In this document: positions 18,086-26,814 of the stretch, one piece after another
Position numbering within the stretch: the stretch's first letter is position 1
Layout of the letters: every line of letters begins with the position of its first letter
Source: Acidimicrobiales bacterium
GTDB lineage: Bacteria > Actinomycetota > Acidimicrobiia > Acidimicrobiales > Bog-793
Assembly (NCBI GenBank): GCA_050010115.1
Contig: JBEKLQ010000010.1
Location: 60 to 64,059 of the forward strand
Direction: 5' to 3'
DNA length: 64,000 nt
Translations under genes and position numbers: made by a program
The notes under the pieces: generated by a model
Told to the model about the DNA's origin: nothing
The model's database searches: none
The model's input: only the letters and a program-made list of their open reading frames with translations

Positions 18086-18991
18086 GGTCGCGCGGAAGCC
18101 GTTCCCCGTGCGGTCCAATGCCGAGACGCTGGCATAGGTGATGCCTCCTGCGCTCTCGGTCACCGCGGCGTTGAGCCAGTTGCTGCCCGTGATGGTGCCC
18201 GAGTGCCCGGCGGTGTCGGTCACACTTGCTCCCCTGAAGCCCATCGTCCCGTAGTCGGCCAGGGGAAAGAAGGAGCTACCGCCGAACTCACCGACGTCCT
18301 CGGCGATGACATCGGCCGAGCTGCGGTCGCACGTGATGTCGGATGCGCACTGCTCGTGCTCGGTGAACGATCGGCCCGTCGTGATGTCCTTCACGGAGAT
18401 CACGAAGGTGGTTGTGGCCGGCTTGTAGGTCACTCTGGCGGTGATCTTGTTTCCCGCACTGATGCTGAACACGGTCGTGATCGCGTTGGTCGGGAACATC
18501 TCCCACCACGTTGCGTACTGCGGCACGCCATTGACACATTCGGCCGATGAGCCGCCCTGTTCGACCGTGTCGTTCCACCAGCCGTCCAGTCCGACCCAGA
18601 ACACCGTCCAGGCATTTGGCTGTGGGCATGTCACAGCTGGCTGCACCCAGGTCGCCTTCACCACGTTGAAGTCCGTGCCTTCGTCGGAGGCGTAGGTGAT
18701 GTAGCCGTCCCAGTTGCGTGACGTGAACTGCGCGCTTGAGCCCCTGACTCCCGCACGCAACGCGGTCTGGCGTGCTGGTCCCGCGGAACCGGCAGCCCGT
18801 GCGTCAGGCGCCATCCGGGTGGCGACCTTCGCGGCGCCGGCGGCCGACGCCTGAGGAGCCATGCCGGCAAGCGCCATGACGACCAGCAAGGCGCTGCCCG
18901 CCAGGCCGGCTCGCATCCGCGTCCCCACTGCGCGCACGTGCCCAGGCCCCGACTTGCGCTGCTTGCGCTGCACGCGTCCATGCTCTGGCAT
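18071..18991 (-). CDS. secreted G1-family glutamic peptidase, paralogue 2
   Basis: The listed 417-aa ORF was trimmed because it runs through tRNA-Leu. ATG 18991 is preceded by ggggggggaggtcgtcg (strong SD). Signal MRAGLAGSALLVVMALAGMAPQASA. Motifs RNWDGY, FWVGLDGW..TVEQGG, SADVIAEDV. It aligns with paralogue 1 along its full length. Confidence 0.65.
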   Translation of the reverse strand: MPEHGRVQRKQRKSGPGHVRAVGTRMRAGLAGSALLVVMALAGMAPQASAAGAAKVATRMAPDARAAGSAGPARQTALRAGVRGSSAQFTSRNWDGYITYASDEGTDFNVVKATWVQPAVTCPQPNAWTVFWVGLDGWWNDTVEQGGSSAECVNGVPQYATWWEMFPTNAITTVFSISAGNKITARVTYKPATTTFVISVKDITTGRSFTEHEQCASDITCDRSSADVIAEDVGEFGGSSFFPLADYGTMGFRGASVTDTAGHSGTITGSNWLNAAVTESAGGITYASVSALDRTGNGFRATWQHA

Positions 18992-19153
18992 CGACGACCT
19001 CCCCCCCCAGGTGGCATCTCGTGCGGCAGATCGTAACAGTCCCGTCCGCATGCGAGAAGTGGCGCTCACGGTCGCGTCGGCTTCCTCGCGTCGATGAGGA
19101 ATCGAGTGGCATGTGCCACGAACGCCCCGTCTCCGCCAGCTGATTCCGGTCGG

Positions 19154-19237
<84 letters not shown>

Positions 19238-19330
19238 GACTCGGGAGAACGATAGCCGCTGTGGCGCGGTCCTCTCACCAGGACCGACTGCCAACGGCGG
19301 CCGACTCGCGGCCGGTATCCTCATGCTGGG

Positions 19331-19984
19331 ATGGGACTCCAGGAGTTTGAGCGCCGCCTAGAGCGCCTCGTCGAGGGCGCATTCGCTAAGGCATTTCGCG
19401 GTCAGCTTCAGCCGGTGGAGCTCGGCCGCCGTTTGACGCGGGAGATGGACCTCCACCGCAACGTCGGCATGCGTGGCCTGAACGCCCCGAACCACTTCGA
19501 CGTGTACTTGGCGACGGATGACTATGAGCGGTTCGAGAGTTTCGGCGACGTGCTCAACCGTGAGCTGGTCGAGGCGGTCCGGGAGCATGCAGGCCGGGAG
19601 CGCTACCAATTCCTCGGCCCCATCGAGATCGTGATCCACGAAGACCCTGACCTGCAGGCCAGCGTCTTCGCGATCGAAAGCGAGATGAACGCCGGCTCGG
19701 GCGGCCCCACGGATTGGCTCGTGATGCCCGACGGGCGCCGTGTCGGGATCGCCGACGAGATCGTGACGATCGGTCGGTTGCCCGAATGCGCTGTGGCGCT
19801 GGACGACCCGAACGTGTCGCGTCGGCACGCCCAGATCCGGAGAGAGGGCGGCCAGGTGGTGGTCGTCGACCTCGGTTCGACCAATGGCACGAAGGTGAAC
19901 GGCGTCTCGGTCCGCCAGCAACAGTTGGCACCAGGGGACACGATCACCGTTGGGAGCACGACGTTGAGGTTCGAGCCCGCCTAG
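19331..19984 (+). CDS. fhaA: FhaA-like protein (DUF3662 N-domain + C-terminal FHA domain)
   Basis: N-terminus MGLQEFERRLERLVEGAFAKAF is typical of FhaA. C-terminal FHA: TIGRLPECAVALDDPNVSRRHAQI...DLGSTNGTKVNG. Confidence 0.8.
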   Translation: MGLQEFERRLERLVEGAFAKAFRGQLQPVELGRRLTREMDLHRNVGMRGLNAPNHFDVYLATDDYERFESFGDVLNRELVEAVREHAGRERYQFLGPIEIVIHEDPDLQASVFAIESEMNAGSGGPTDWLVMPDGRRVGIADEIVTIGRLPECAVALDDPNVSRRHAQIRREGGQVVVVDLGSTNGTKVNGVSVRQQQLAPGDTITVGSTTLRFEPA

Positions 19985-19990
19985 CCGGCG

Positions 19991-20452
19991 GTGACACCCA
20001 TGCCGCACTCGCTGCTGCACCTTCTCCGCTACTTCTTGCTGGGGACGCTCTGGCTGTTCTTCCTCTACGCGTCCCGGATGGTCTTCGTCGAGATTCGCCG
20101 GTCTCGAAGTGAGAGGGTGGCGACTCCACCACCCACGCCGCTCGGTGCTGACCGCACCGTGCCGCTCCGGCTGAGGGTCGTTGATCCGCCGCAACGGCGC
20201 GGCCGCGTATTCGAGCTCGGCGAGGAGGTCACCGTCGGCCGGTCGCCGGGGTGCGCCGTGTCGCTCGAAGACGATACGTTCACCTCGCAGGTACACGCGC
20301 GCGTGTTCCGGCGCAACGGCGAGCTCTGGCTCGAGGACCTCGGCTCCACGAACGGCACGTGGCTCAACAACGAGAAGGTGACCGGCCTGGAACGTCTGCA
20401 GCGTGGCGATCGGGTGAAGGTTGGCAGCACGATCCTCGAGGTGGCACGGTGA
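19991..20452 (+). CDS. fhaB: FhaB/FipA-like membrane-anchored FHA-domain protein
   Basis: N-terminal TM (LLHLLRYFLLGTLWLFFLYA) and a C-terminal FHA domain (VGRSPGCAVSLEDDTFTSQVHARV...DLGSTNGTWLNN). Confidence 0.75.
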   Translation: MTPMPHSLLHLLRYFLLGTLWLFFLYASRMVFVEIRRSRSERVATPPPTPLGADRTVPLRLRVVDPPQRRGRVFELGEEVTVGRSPGCAVSLEDDTFTSQVHARVFRRNGELWLEDLGSTNGTWLNNEKVTGLERLQRGDRVKVGSTILEVAR

Positions 20453-20512
20453 CACGGTGACACGCGTGTCGCTCACCGGGGCCTCGGGTCTGCTGGCGGG
20501 GGTCGTGGCCGG

Positions 20513-22426
20513 ATGACCCGGCTCCGGGGTGCTGCTGAGACCCACACCGGTTACGTACGGTCGATCAACCAGGATCTAGCGCTCGTCAGTGGCGATCTCG
20601 TGGCGGTGGCCGACGGCATGGGCGGTCACCTTGGCGGTGAGGTGGCGGCCCGGACCGCGATCGAAGAGTTGCTCGAGGCGTACATCGGCGACCGGACCGG
20701 CGAGGGCCTGGAGCACGCCGCCCGTCATGCCAACCGGGCGATCTGGAGGAAGAGCCGGGTCGATCGGAAGCTTCACGGGATGGGGACGACGCTCACGGCT
20801 GCTGCGCTTGTCAGGGGTGGACCCGGGGACACGGGGCCTGCCCGCTTGGTCCTCGTCAACGTCGGTGACTCCCGGGCCTACGTCTTCGAACGCGGGACGC
20901 ACACGCTTCGGCAACTGACCGAGGACCACTCTGTCGTGGAGGAGATGGTCCGCCAAGGGGAGCTCACCCACGAGGAAGCCGCCGTCCACCCTCACAGGCA
21001 CGTGCTGACGCGTGCGCTCGGGATCGACGCCGAGGTGGCCCTCGACATCTGGGAGCTGACCCCCGACGTCGACAGCCGTTACCTGTTGTGCAGCGACGGT
21101 CTGACCAACGAAGTTGCCGATGCCGAGATCGCCGGCGTCCTCGCCGCTGCATCCGAACCGAGGGAAGCCGCACGCGAGCTCGTCGGCCGGGCGCTCGGCC
21201 ACGGCGGCATGGACAACGTCACCGTCGTCGTGGTGGACATCGTGGACGGCGACGGTGACCCGGCCGAGGTTCCCGTCGAACTGGTGCCACCTCGTGCGCC
21301 GAGACCTGAAGTACCGGTGAGAGATCACGTGGACATCACCGAGGTGATCCCGGTCTCGAGACGGGGCCGGCAGCCGGAAGATGGTGCCAGTCCAGCGCCC
21401 GGCTCCGGGAGCAGTGCCGCGCCCGTCCCAGCGCTCGATCTGCTCGACCCTGCGGCAGGCTCCGCCCTCGACGACCCACCCGACCTGCTCGACCCTGCGG
21501 CAGGCTCCGCGCTCGACGACCCACCCGAGGGACCGGGCGCGGCGGCGCAACTTCAGCGGACCATCGATGATGTCGGCGACGCCGCTGTTGCAGCCGCAGT
21601 AGGAGCAGGTGGCCTCGCGGCCGACCCTCCTGGGGAGCTCGACGATCGCCCGAAGCCCCGCCCGACCCACCGCCGTGGCCGGAGCATGACAGTACGCCAG
21701 AAGCCGACTCCCCCCTCCATCGATGGTTCGATCGGCCCGGGTCCGGGAGCCGGTGGTATCGCCGGCTCCGGCGCCCTGACCGGTTCGCATGGTCGACCGC
21801 TCCTACTCGTGCCCGACCGGCGCCGCACCGCCAACAGGGACCGCATCGTCACGTTCCGGGTGGCTGTGTTCGTCATCCTGCTCGCCGGGATGTTCGCCGG
21901 GACCGCCGGTGTCGTCATCTGGTTCGATCAGTCGTCGTACTACGTCGGGATGCACGGGAATGTGGTCGCCATCTACGAGGGCCGCCCAGGCGGGCTGCTC
22001 TGGTTCAAACCGCAGCTCATCGAGACGAGTCCGGTGAAGCGGAGCGACCTGTTGCCCTCCAGCATCGCGACCTTGCAGGTCGGGATCAGTGAGTCGTCCC
22101 TGAGGGCTGCCGAGGCCGTGGTGGCACGGCTCAAGAACGAGAAGGCGAACGCGCTGGCGGCCGTCACGACCACGACGCCGGCAACCACGACGTCGGCAAC
22201 CACCACGACGACGACCAGTGCGGCAACGACGACCTCCATCTTCGCCGCGACCGTGCCTCCCATCACTTCGACGACCCTGCCGGCGCCTACCACCACGACG
22301 ACCACGCAGCCGAAGCAGACGACGACCACCCAGCCGAAGCAGACGACGACCACCCGCCCGCCTCACCACTCGGGCTCGGGCGGCCCCCCCACGACCACGC
22401 CGTCCAACACGACCAAGGGTGCCTGA
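20513..22426 (+). CDS. pstP: PP2C-family Ser/Thr phosphatase PstP with single TM and Thr/Pro-rich extracellular tail
   Basis: PP2C motifs: HTGYVRSINQD, VADGMGGHLGGEVA, LLCSDGL, GGMDNVTVVV. One TM (VAVFVILLAGMFAGTAGVVIWF). 637 aa. Confidence 0.85.
   Translation: MTRLRGAAETHTGYVRSINQDLALVSGDLVAVADGMGGHLGGEVAARTAIEELLEAYIGDRTGEGLEHAARHANRAIWRKSRVDRKLHGMGTTLTAAALVRGGPGDTGPARLVLVNVGDSRAYVFERGTHTLRQLTEDHSVVEEMVRQGELTHEEAAVHPHRHVLTRALGIDAEVALDIWELTPDVDSRYLLCSDGLTNEVADAEIAGVLAAASEPREAARELVGRALGHGGMDNVTVVVVDIVDGDGDPAEVPVELVPPRAPRPEVPVRDHVDITEVIPVSRRGRQPEDGASPAPGSGSSAAPVPALDLLDPAAGSALDDPPDLLDPAAGSALDDPPEGPGAAAQLQRTIDDVGDAAVAAAVGAGGLAADPPGELDDRPKPRPTHRRGRSMTVRQKPTPPSIDGSIGPGPGAGGIAGSGALTGSHGRPLLLVPDRRRTANRDRIVTFRVAVFVILLAGMFAGTAGVVIWFDQSSYYVGMHGNVVAIYEGRPGGLLWFKPQLIETSPVKRSDLLPSSIATLQVGISESSLRAAEAVVARLKNEKANALAAVTTTTPATTTSATTTTTTSAATTTSIFAATVPPITSTTLPAPTTTTTTQPKQTTTTQPKQTTTTRPPHHSGSGGPPTTTPSNTTKGA
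21436..21525 (+). repeat. 45-bp in-frame tandem duplication inside the pstP linker (43/45 identical)
   Basis: cgatctgctcgaccctgcggcaggctccgccctcgacgacccacc (21436-21480) versus cgacctgctcgaccctgcggcaggctccgcgctcgacgacccacc (21481-21525). Encodes LLDPAAGSALDDPPD twice. Confidence 0.85.
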
Positions 22427-22429
22427 CCT

Positions 22430-23965
22430 GTGAACAGGCGGGTCCGGGTGGTGGGTGAGGTGCTGTTGGTGTGTTTCTTCCTGCTGTTGCTACAGCTCGG
22501 CAACATCCAGATCCGGCAAGCGTCCGCCCTCCGCAAGAACCAGCTGAACAACGTGTCCAAGCCGAGCCCGTACTTCCAGCCGCGAGGTGAGATCCTCTCG
22601 GCGGACGGTAAGGTGCTCACCTACTCCAAGGCGGTCGCCGACCCCTATCACTACCTGCGCGTGTACCCCGCTGCCACGGCGCAGATGTTCTCCGGCATCA
22701 CCGGCTACTACGCCACCGCCGTGCAGGCGTCCCCGTTCGGGATCGAGGCGTACTACGACTCGTACCTCCGGCAGCACGAGACGCCGATCCGATCGCTGCA
22801 CGATCTGTTGACCCAGCACCTGGAGACCGACGACGTTGTCCTCACGGCGTCCGAACACCTGCAGGCGGTCGCCATGCAAGCGCTCGACTCCGCCACAGCC
22901 AACAACGGCGGAGCGGTCATCGCGCTGGACCCCCGCAACGGGGACATCCTGGCGATGTACAGCGCTCCGACCTACAACCCGAACTTGCTGGCCGCGCACG
23001 ACCCTCGGACGGTCAACCAGATCGCCAACGACTTCAACTCGCGACCGAGCCAGCTCAACCCGTTCTTCAACAACGCGATCAGAGCGCTGCACCCGCCTGG
23101 CTCGACGTTCAAGGTTGTGACCACGTCATCGATATTCGACCACAAGCCATCGATCGCCACCCAGCAGTTTCCAGTGGAGTCGACCTACGAGTTCCCGAAT
23201 TCCGGCTCACCTCCCCAGCTGTTGCACAACTACGACTCGGAGCCCTGCGGCGGTGACCTTGCCGAGGTCCTGGCGTTCTCGTGCGACACGTCCTATAGCC
23301 AGATCGGCGACGAGCTCGGCTCCGCCAGCCTGGCGGCAGAGGCTCAAGCCTTCGGTTTCAACAGCGTCCCGCCGATAGACCTGCCGGGAGCGGCGGCTTC
23401 GGTCTTCCCGCCTCCGTCGAGCATCACCGCTTCGTCGTACCTCGGATACTCCGCCATCGGGCAGTTCGACGACGACGCCACCCTGTTGCAGATGGCGCTC
23501 CTGGCCTCTGCGATCGCCGACGACGGCACGATCATGGCGCCGCATCTGGTCAGCAAGGTCGTCGGGAGCGACGGCAGCGACGAGTTCGTCTACCAGCCTC
23601 ACGCGTGGCGACAAGCCACCTCAGCAGCCACCGCCACGAAGGTCCGCCAGCTGATGACCGGCGTGACGACGATGTCGGGAGCGACGGCCGACCAGCTCTT
23701 CCAGGGCTACTACTCGAGCGGGTTCCCGACGGCTGCGGCGAAGACCGGGACGGCCGAGCCGGCGGCGAACGTGTGCGGCACGTACAACTGGCTGATCGCT
23801 CTGGCGCCAGCCGGGCCGGGCCAGACTCCTTCGGTGGTGGTGGCGGCGATGGTCCCGGTCTTGAGCTCGGTCGCCTGCAGCATCAACCCGACGGGCGCGA
23901 GCATCGCGGGTCCTGTGGCGCTCCCGGTCCTCGAGGCAGCACTCCAACAACAAGGGGCAGGATGA
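22430..23965 (+). CDS. pbpA: class B penicillin-binding protein / transpeptidase PbpA
   Basis: N-terminal TM. Transpeptidase motifs PPGSTFKVVT (SxxK), SCD (SxN-like position) and KTGTAE (KTG). The start is 4 nt after the pstP stop. Confidence 0.85.
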   Translation: MNRRVRVVGEVLLVCFFLLLLQLGNIQIRQASALRKNQLNNVSKPSPYFQPRGEILSADGKVLTYSKAVADPYHYLRVYPAATAQMFSGITGYYATAVQASPFGIEAYYDSYLRQHETPIRSLHDLLTQHLETDDVVLTASEHLQAVAMQALDSATANNGGAVIALDPRNGDILAMYSAPTYNPNLLAAHDPRTVNQIANDFNSRPSQLNPFFNNAIRALHPPGSTFKVVTTSSIFDHKPSIATQQFPVESTYEFPNSGSPPQLLHNYDSEPCGGDLAEVLAFSCDTSYSQIGDELGSASLAAEAQAFGFNSVPPIDLPGAAASVFPPPSSITASSYLGYSAIGQFDDDATLLQMALLASAIADDGTIMAPHLVSKVVGSDGSDEFVYQPHAWRQATSAATATKVRQLMTGVTTMSGATADQLFQGYYSSGFPTAAAKTGTAEPAANVCGTYNWLIALAPAGPGQTPSVVVAAMVPVLSSVACSINPTGASIAGPVALPVLEAALQQQGAG

Positions 23966-24020
23966 TGCCGGGACGGGTGCGGGCCGCTCGCCGTGGGCTG
24001 ACGAATAGGCTCAAGCCGGA

Positions 24021-26069
24021 ATGACGTTGAACCTCCCGCCGAACGTGGACGCTCCGCCTCCCATCTACAACGGTCGCTACGAGCTGCGCAGCCAGGTCGC
24101 ACGTGGTGGTACCGCTCAGGTGTACCAGGCCCGCGACCTGTTGCTCGATCGGCCTGTCGCGTTGAAAGTGCTGTTCCCGGAGCTGTCGAGCGACAGCTCG
24201 TTCGTCGAGCGGTTCCGCCGGGAGGCACAGGCTGCGGCGAACCTGTCGCACCCGAACATCGTCCCGGTATTCGACTGGGGCGAGTCCGAGCGCACGTACT
24301 TCATCGTCATGGAGTACGTCGACGGCGATCCGCTCTCGGCGATCATCCGTGGTCAGGCACCGTTGCCCCCGATGAGGGCGGCGGCGATCGCCGCCGACAT
24401 CGCCAAGGCCCTGAGCTACGCACACCGCCACGGAGTCGTACACCGCGACGTCAAGCCGGGCAACGTCCTCATCACCCGAGACGGTCAGGTGAAGGTGGCC
24501 GACTTCGGCATCGCCCGGGCGGTCGGTGCCGACGAGAACGTCACCCAGACGGGCCTCGTCATGGGTACGGCGACGTACTTCTCCCCCGAGCAAGCCCAGG
24601 GGCTCGGCGTCGACGGCCGGAGCGACGTCTACTCGCTCGGCGTCGTGATCTACGAGATGGTCACCGGCCGGGCGCCCTTCCTGGCGGACACTCCGGTCGC
24701 CATCGCCTACAAACACGTGTCGGAGATGCCGATACCTCCGAGAGAGATCGAGCCCCGGGTCCCGGTCGCTCTGGAGGCCGTCATTCTCCGGGCAATGGCC
24801 AAGAACCCCGCCGACCGGTATGCGACGGCGGAGGATCTGCACGCTGATCTGCAGCGTTTCATGCAGGGGACGCCGGTGCTGGCCACCGAGTCTGCGGGGC
24901 TGCTTACCGAGGCGATCAGCACGACCCCGGCGACGACCATGCTCCAGGCTCCGGCAAGCGCTACCACGACCCTTGTGGCCGCCGGTGCTGGCGGTGCGGG
25001 AACGGCGGCGACTGGCGCGCAGGCCGTCGAGCCGGCTGCGGGGTCGACCCCGTCGAAGCCGGCCATGCCCAAGCGCCGCTGGATCCCCTGGACCGTAGCG
25101 GGGCTTCTCCTCCTCGCTGCACTCGTGCCGCTCGTCAACTACGGCGCCCACCAGCTGGGTTACTTCGGTGCGCCGGGTTACTTCGTCATGCCGAGAGTCG
25201 CGCCCGAGCCTCTCGGGGTCGCGCTCCAACAGCTCTCCAAGGACGGCCTCAAGCCGACAGCCCAGGTTCAGATCAGCACCATCCCGAAGGACACGGTGCT
25301 GTACACCGTCCCCGGCAACGGCGCCCAGGTGCGGAAGGGTCAGAAGGTCACCGTCGTCTACTCGGGCGGCCCCGCCAAGGTACAGGTGCCCAGTGTGATC
25401 GAGGACCCCGAATCGGAAGCAGAAGCGGTGTTGAGGAAAGCTGGCTTCATTCCCGCCATCAAGCCCGAGACCCTGAAGGTCGGCCAGACGCCCGGCATCG
25501 TCGCGTATCAGGATCCTCAGCCCAACACCCTGGAGCTGCCCGGGACCACCGTGACACTGACGGTGCCGCTCGGTCCAGCGCAGGTGACAGTGCCGAAGGG
25601 GCTCGTCGGGAAGCCGCTCAATACCGTCGAGACGGATCTGCGCAACGCCGACCTGCAGGTCGGGATTACACCGGGCGTGCTCTCCTCCCTTCCGATCGGC
25701 GATGTGACCGCCACGAACCCGGCATCGGGGCAGCAGGCGAACGCCGGAACTTCGGTCACGATCTTCGTCTCGATCGGGCCTGGCGTGACCGTGCCGAACG
25801 TGAAGGGATTGAACGTCACTGCCGCCGAGGCCCAGATCATCAGGGCCGGCCTCACCTGGGTGCTGCAGACGACCCCGAGCAGTCAGGCTCAGTACGACAT
25901 CGTGTTGAACGAGACGCCGGCTGGTCTCACGCAAGTCAAGGCGGGATCGCAGGTCACCCTGCTGGTCGGGGCCGGGCCGACTACCACCAGTACGACCACC
26001 ACTTCGACGACCACTACCACTACCACGACGACGACGACGACCACGACCACGACCACGCCGAAGCCCTAG
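24021..26069 (+). CDS. pknB: Ser/Thr protein kinase PknB with four PASTA repeats and poly-Thr C-terminal tail
   Basis: Kinase motifs: GGTAQVYQA...VALKV, HRDVKPGNVL, DFGIAR, YFSPEQA. One TM, about 4 PASTA-like repeats, and a tail TTTSTTTTSTTTTTTTTTTTTTTTTTPKP. Confidence 0.9.
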   Translation: MTLNLPPNVDAPPPIYNGRYELRSQVARGGTAQVYQARDLLLDRPVALKVLFPELSSDSSFVERFRREAQAAANLSHPNIVPVFDWGESERTYFIVMEYVDGDPLSAIIRGQAPLPPMRAAAIAADIAKALSYAHRHGVVHRDVKPGNVLITRDGQVKVADFGIARAVGADENVTQTGLVMGTATYFSPEQAQGLGVDGRSDVYSLGVVIYEMVTGRAPFLADTPVAIAYKHVSEMPIPPREIEPRVPVALEAVILRAMAKNPADRYATAEDLHADLQRFMQGTPVLATESAGLLTEAISTTPATTMLQAPASATTTLVAAGAGGAGTAATGAQAVEPAAGSTPSKPAMPKRRWIPWTVAGLLLLAALVPLVNYGAHQLGYFGAPGYFVMPRVAPEPLGVALQQLSKDGLKPTAQVQISTIPKDTVLYTVPGNGAQVRKGQKVTVVYSGGPAKVQVPSVIEDPESEAEAVLRKAGFIPAIKPETLKVGQTPGIVAYQDPQPNTLELPGTTVTLTVPLGPAQVTVPKGLVGKPLNTVETDLRNADLQVGITPGVLSSLPIGDVTATNPASGQQANAGTSVTIFVSIGPGVTVPNVKGLNVTAAEAQIIRAGLTWVLQTTPSSQAQYDIVLNETPAGLTQVKAGSQVTLLVGAGPTTTSTTTTSTTTTTTTTTTTTTTTTTPKP

Positions 26070-26102
26070 CCACGGCCTGAGGACGCTCAGCCGGCGGTGG
26101 CG

Positions 26103-26702
26103 TCAGCCAACCGCAGCCCGGTCGCCGGCTCGCAGGAAGTTAGCCAGCAGGTCCTTGCCGGCTTGCCCGGTGAGGATGGATTCGGGGTGGAACTGCACAC
26201 CTTCGACGGGCAACTCCCGGTGGCGCAACCCCATGACGAGGCCGTCCGCAGTCCGGGCCGTCACCTCGAGGCACGCCGGGACGGACGAGGCGTCGACTAC
26301 GAGTGAGTGGTATCGCGTCGCCCGGAGCGGGTTGGGGAGCCCGGTGAACACGCCGAGGCCGTCGTGGTTGATGTCCGACGTCTTGCCGTGCACGATCTCG
26401 CCCGCCCCGACGATCTCGCCACCGAAGACCTCGCCGATGCACTGGTGCCCGAGGCAGACGCCGAGCACGGGTATGCCCGCGGCCCCAAGAGTGGCGATCG
26501 CTTCGTTGCTGATGCCGGCGCCGGCCGGACGGCCAGGTCCCGGCGAGACGAGCAAACGGTCCGGCGCGAGGGCGGCGAGCCCGTCGACGTCGAGGTCGTC
26601 GTTTCTCACGACCACGGGCTCGGCTCCCAGCTCACCGAGGTACTGCACGAGGTTGTAGACGAAACTGTCGTAGTTGTCGATGACCACGACGCGCGCACCC
26701 AT
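26103..26702 (-). CDS. trpG: glutamine amidotransferase component II of anthranilate/aminodeoxychorismate synthase
   Basis: Trimmed to [22 protein letters not shown] (ATG 26702). Catalytic GVCLGHQ and the C-terminal ..VQFHPES triad context. The longer listed ORF N-terminus is the antisense reading of the crgA repeats. Confidence 0.85.
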   Translation of the reverse strand: MGARVVVIDNYDSFVYNLVQYLGELGAEPVVVRNDDLDVDGLAALAPDRLLVSPGPGRPAGAGISNEAIATLGAAGIPVLGVCLGHQCIGEVFGGEIVGAGEIVHGKTSDINHDGLGVFTGLPNPLRATRYHSLVVDASSVPACLEVTARTADGLVMGLRHRELPVEGVQFHPESILTGQAGKDLLANFLRAGDRAAVG

Positions 26703-26814
26703 GCGCACTGAGGCTATCGGCCGGGTCACCCGACCACCTCCCGCTGCTCCGGAGCGGCTGGTCCCGCGGCCGCTCTGGCGCACCGCCTCGCCGGCAGGCC
26801 CTATCCTGCAGCCC

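Noticed and set aside
20513-22426. Possibility that the extra length of PstP hides a fused RodA/SEDS domain, which would explain the missing rodA.
   Set aside because: There is only one hydrophobic helix. The remainder is a disordered linker, a PstP-type extracellular domain and a Thr-rich tail. A SEDS protein would need about 10 TM helices.
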